64,000 nt of DNA. It comes from Euprymna scolopes (taxonomy: Eukaryota). The position numbers and the translations under genes are program-made. The stretch lies in the NCBI GenBank assembly GCA_053919585.1, contig CM132789.1; one strand, 5' to 3'. Position 1 is the first letter of the stretch; each line of letters opens with the position of its first letter. Of the stretch, positions 62,291 through 64,000 are shown in pieces. The notes under the pieces were generated by a model. That model made no database searches and had not been told where the DNA came from. It saw nothing but the letters and a program-made list of their open reading frames with translations.

Positions 62291-63639
62291 AAAATTACTT
62301 AGTATTTTCAGGTAAACAAAGTTTTACAAGTTAGAAAAGCATTTCATCCAAGGCATGAAAATTGTTAAACAAAATGTTTTTACTATAGGCTTTAAAAATA
62401 AAGGTACAAGATTCAATTTGAAATTTATTTATCTTCAAAGTGCACTTTTATAAATTTTACAAAGTAAGGTATAAAAATTTAATTTAAATTGAATCAAAAA
62501 ATTACCTTGGATTTATTTTATGTAATGTACATTCTGTTGCACTTTCAAAAAAAGAAAAAAAAAAATCATTGAAAATTTTATATCTATATTATTAATTGCT
62601 AGATGAATGATAATGTTTTTAAATTGCAACAAAATGCCTTGGATGAAATGCTTTTCTAACTTGTATCTTATCATTTTAAGATTATATTTTAAAGCTCTCC
62701 TTCTCTCTATTTCAGTTTGTATTTCTCCTCACACCACAACTCATTTTTTGCAACTCCCTCTTCGTAATACAGGTCTGAATAATGAGAAAATCTGAATTTT
62801 TTTTAACAAAAACTTTAAAATAACTTTTTTAGATAAAATTTTTTAAAACTTCTTTCAGAATAGAAAATCTTTAAAATTTAATAAGGAACATATTTCATAT
62901 CAGTTTCATTAACAAATATTCAGTACATAATGAGAAAAATAGAGATGGAAATTTCAAAAGGACTGTATAACTGGTTACGGTCAATAGTAGTCCTCGCCAG
63001 CAAAAGTCTTTGTTATTGTTATTCTATTATTATTATTATTTAAAACATTTTGTGTCTTGCTCTTTCACGCGAGGACTAATGAGAGAGATTAAAACAATAT
63101 TAACGAAATTATAGTTTTATATCAATTTGGTTCAAAGATTCAATGTAATGAATAATGATACCATAATTAAATGTTACTTTTTAAATCCTATTTTTGTTTC
63201 AAGAAATTTGGTAAAAAAAAAAAAAAAAAAAAATTGGCATCGTTAAAAAAAATAAAAAGCAAACAAAAATAAAACGCCTGAGTAACATGAGATACAGCTA
63301 GTTTACAATAATGAAGATAGAAAATTCTGTCTTTTCTGGTGTCTTTAACAGAAAGATTGATGAATTCTCATTCCTACTGTACACGACTAAGAAATTAACA
63401 GTAGAATAAAACCATGAAAATCAGTTCTATTTCAGACACCTGATAAGTGCCAATAACCAGAAAACGTTCTTGTCATGCAAATACATTGGCATCGTTAAAA
63501 AAAATAAAAAGCAAAACAAAAATAAAACGCCCGAGCAATTATTATTTAAAACATTTTGTGCCCTGTTCTTTCGCGCGAGGACTAATTTTGAATGCTTTAC
63601 AGAGAGAAACCAAAGATTGGAGCTCAGTAAAGCACTTAC

Positions 63640-63960
63640 CTTAGAAATAATGATAGAGTAGAGAAAGACTAACGACGTCCATTTGTGAGAAAGAGAAGAG
63701 GACATAATCCAATAGGGAGGTTATGTTTGGGATCATTTTTTTATGCCTCCGTTCAGTCTCAAAAGACAAAGGATTACCCCTGTAAGGACAGCTGCGCATG
63801 TAATTCTGAGGCAAGGATTGTGCAATCCCAACCATGCCTCTTCTGAATCGGCACTCTTTTGAATCCAGTGGCAAGAGGAAGTCCAGGACAACTGGAAACA
63901 ATACCGAAATAATCGGAAAGTGCATACAGCACCTGGAAGTCCCAAATGATCACCTATTTA
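63640..63960 (-). mobile_element. CR1/L2-group LINE remnant
   Basis: '...DVVSLSLLYHYF' corresponds to the 'RRDVASLSLFYRYY' motif near the ORF2 C-terminus. Confidence 0.5.
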
Positions 63961-64000
63961 GTACCGACGAGGTTTGTGATACATTCCATGAAGTTATTTT

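Noticed and set aside
2960-63480. Enrichment of Rbfox TGCATG motifs on the sense strand
   Set aside because: A rough manual count gave similar numbers on both strands, so no strand-specific enrichment can be claimed.
63640-63925. Upstream spectraplakin exon suggested by the AAG|gtaagt donor at ~63640
   Set aside because: The translation resembles a LINE ORF2 remnant, not a spectrin repeat, and stops just before the donor.

Overview
AT-rich metazoan genomic DNA; the repeat families resemble those of octopod cephalopods (inference). The whole window lies inside one minus-strand spectraplakin gene (MACF1/dystonin/Drosophila shot/C. elegans vab-10 family). Ten coding exons can be stitched in frame using GT-AG sites, giving about 18.2 kb or about 6,080 aa. 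In order these are three exons ending the plakin domain (59235-59394, 57203-57286, 44727-44945), two giant plectin-repeat exons (31319-42376, 11,058 nt; 18656-24646, 5,991 nt), and five exons starting the spectrin-repeat rod (7220-7366, 4321-4476, 1651-1824, 1180-1263, 1-169). Every junction from 59235 downward is phase 0. The large introns around the giant exons hold several candidate phase-0 micro-exons and stop-containing terminal exons. Together these suggest a combinatorial splicing/polyadenylation switch making plakin-only, plectin-like and full spectraplakin isoforms; this is a hypothesis that needs RNA data. The introns also carry decayed RTE, CR1-like and R4-like LINE pieces, MITEs, Helitron-like elements, Penelope-like inverted repeats with hammerhead-like cores, a 5S-derived sequence, a G-rich ~34-bp minisatellite and microsatellites.
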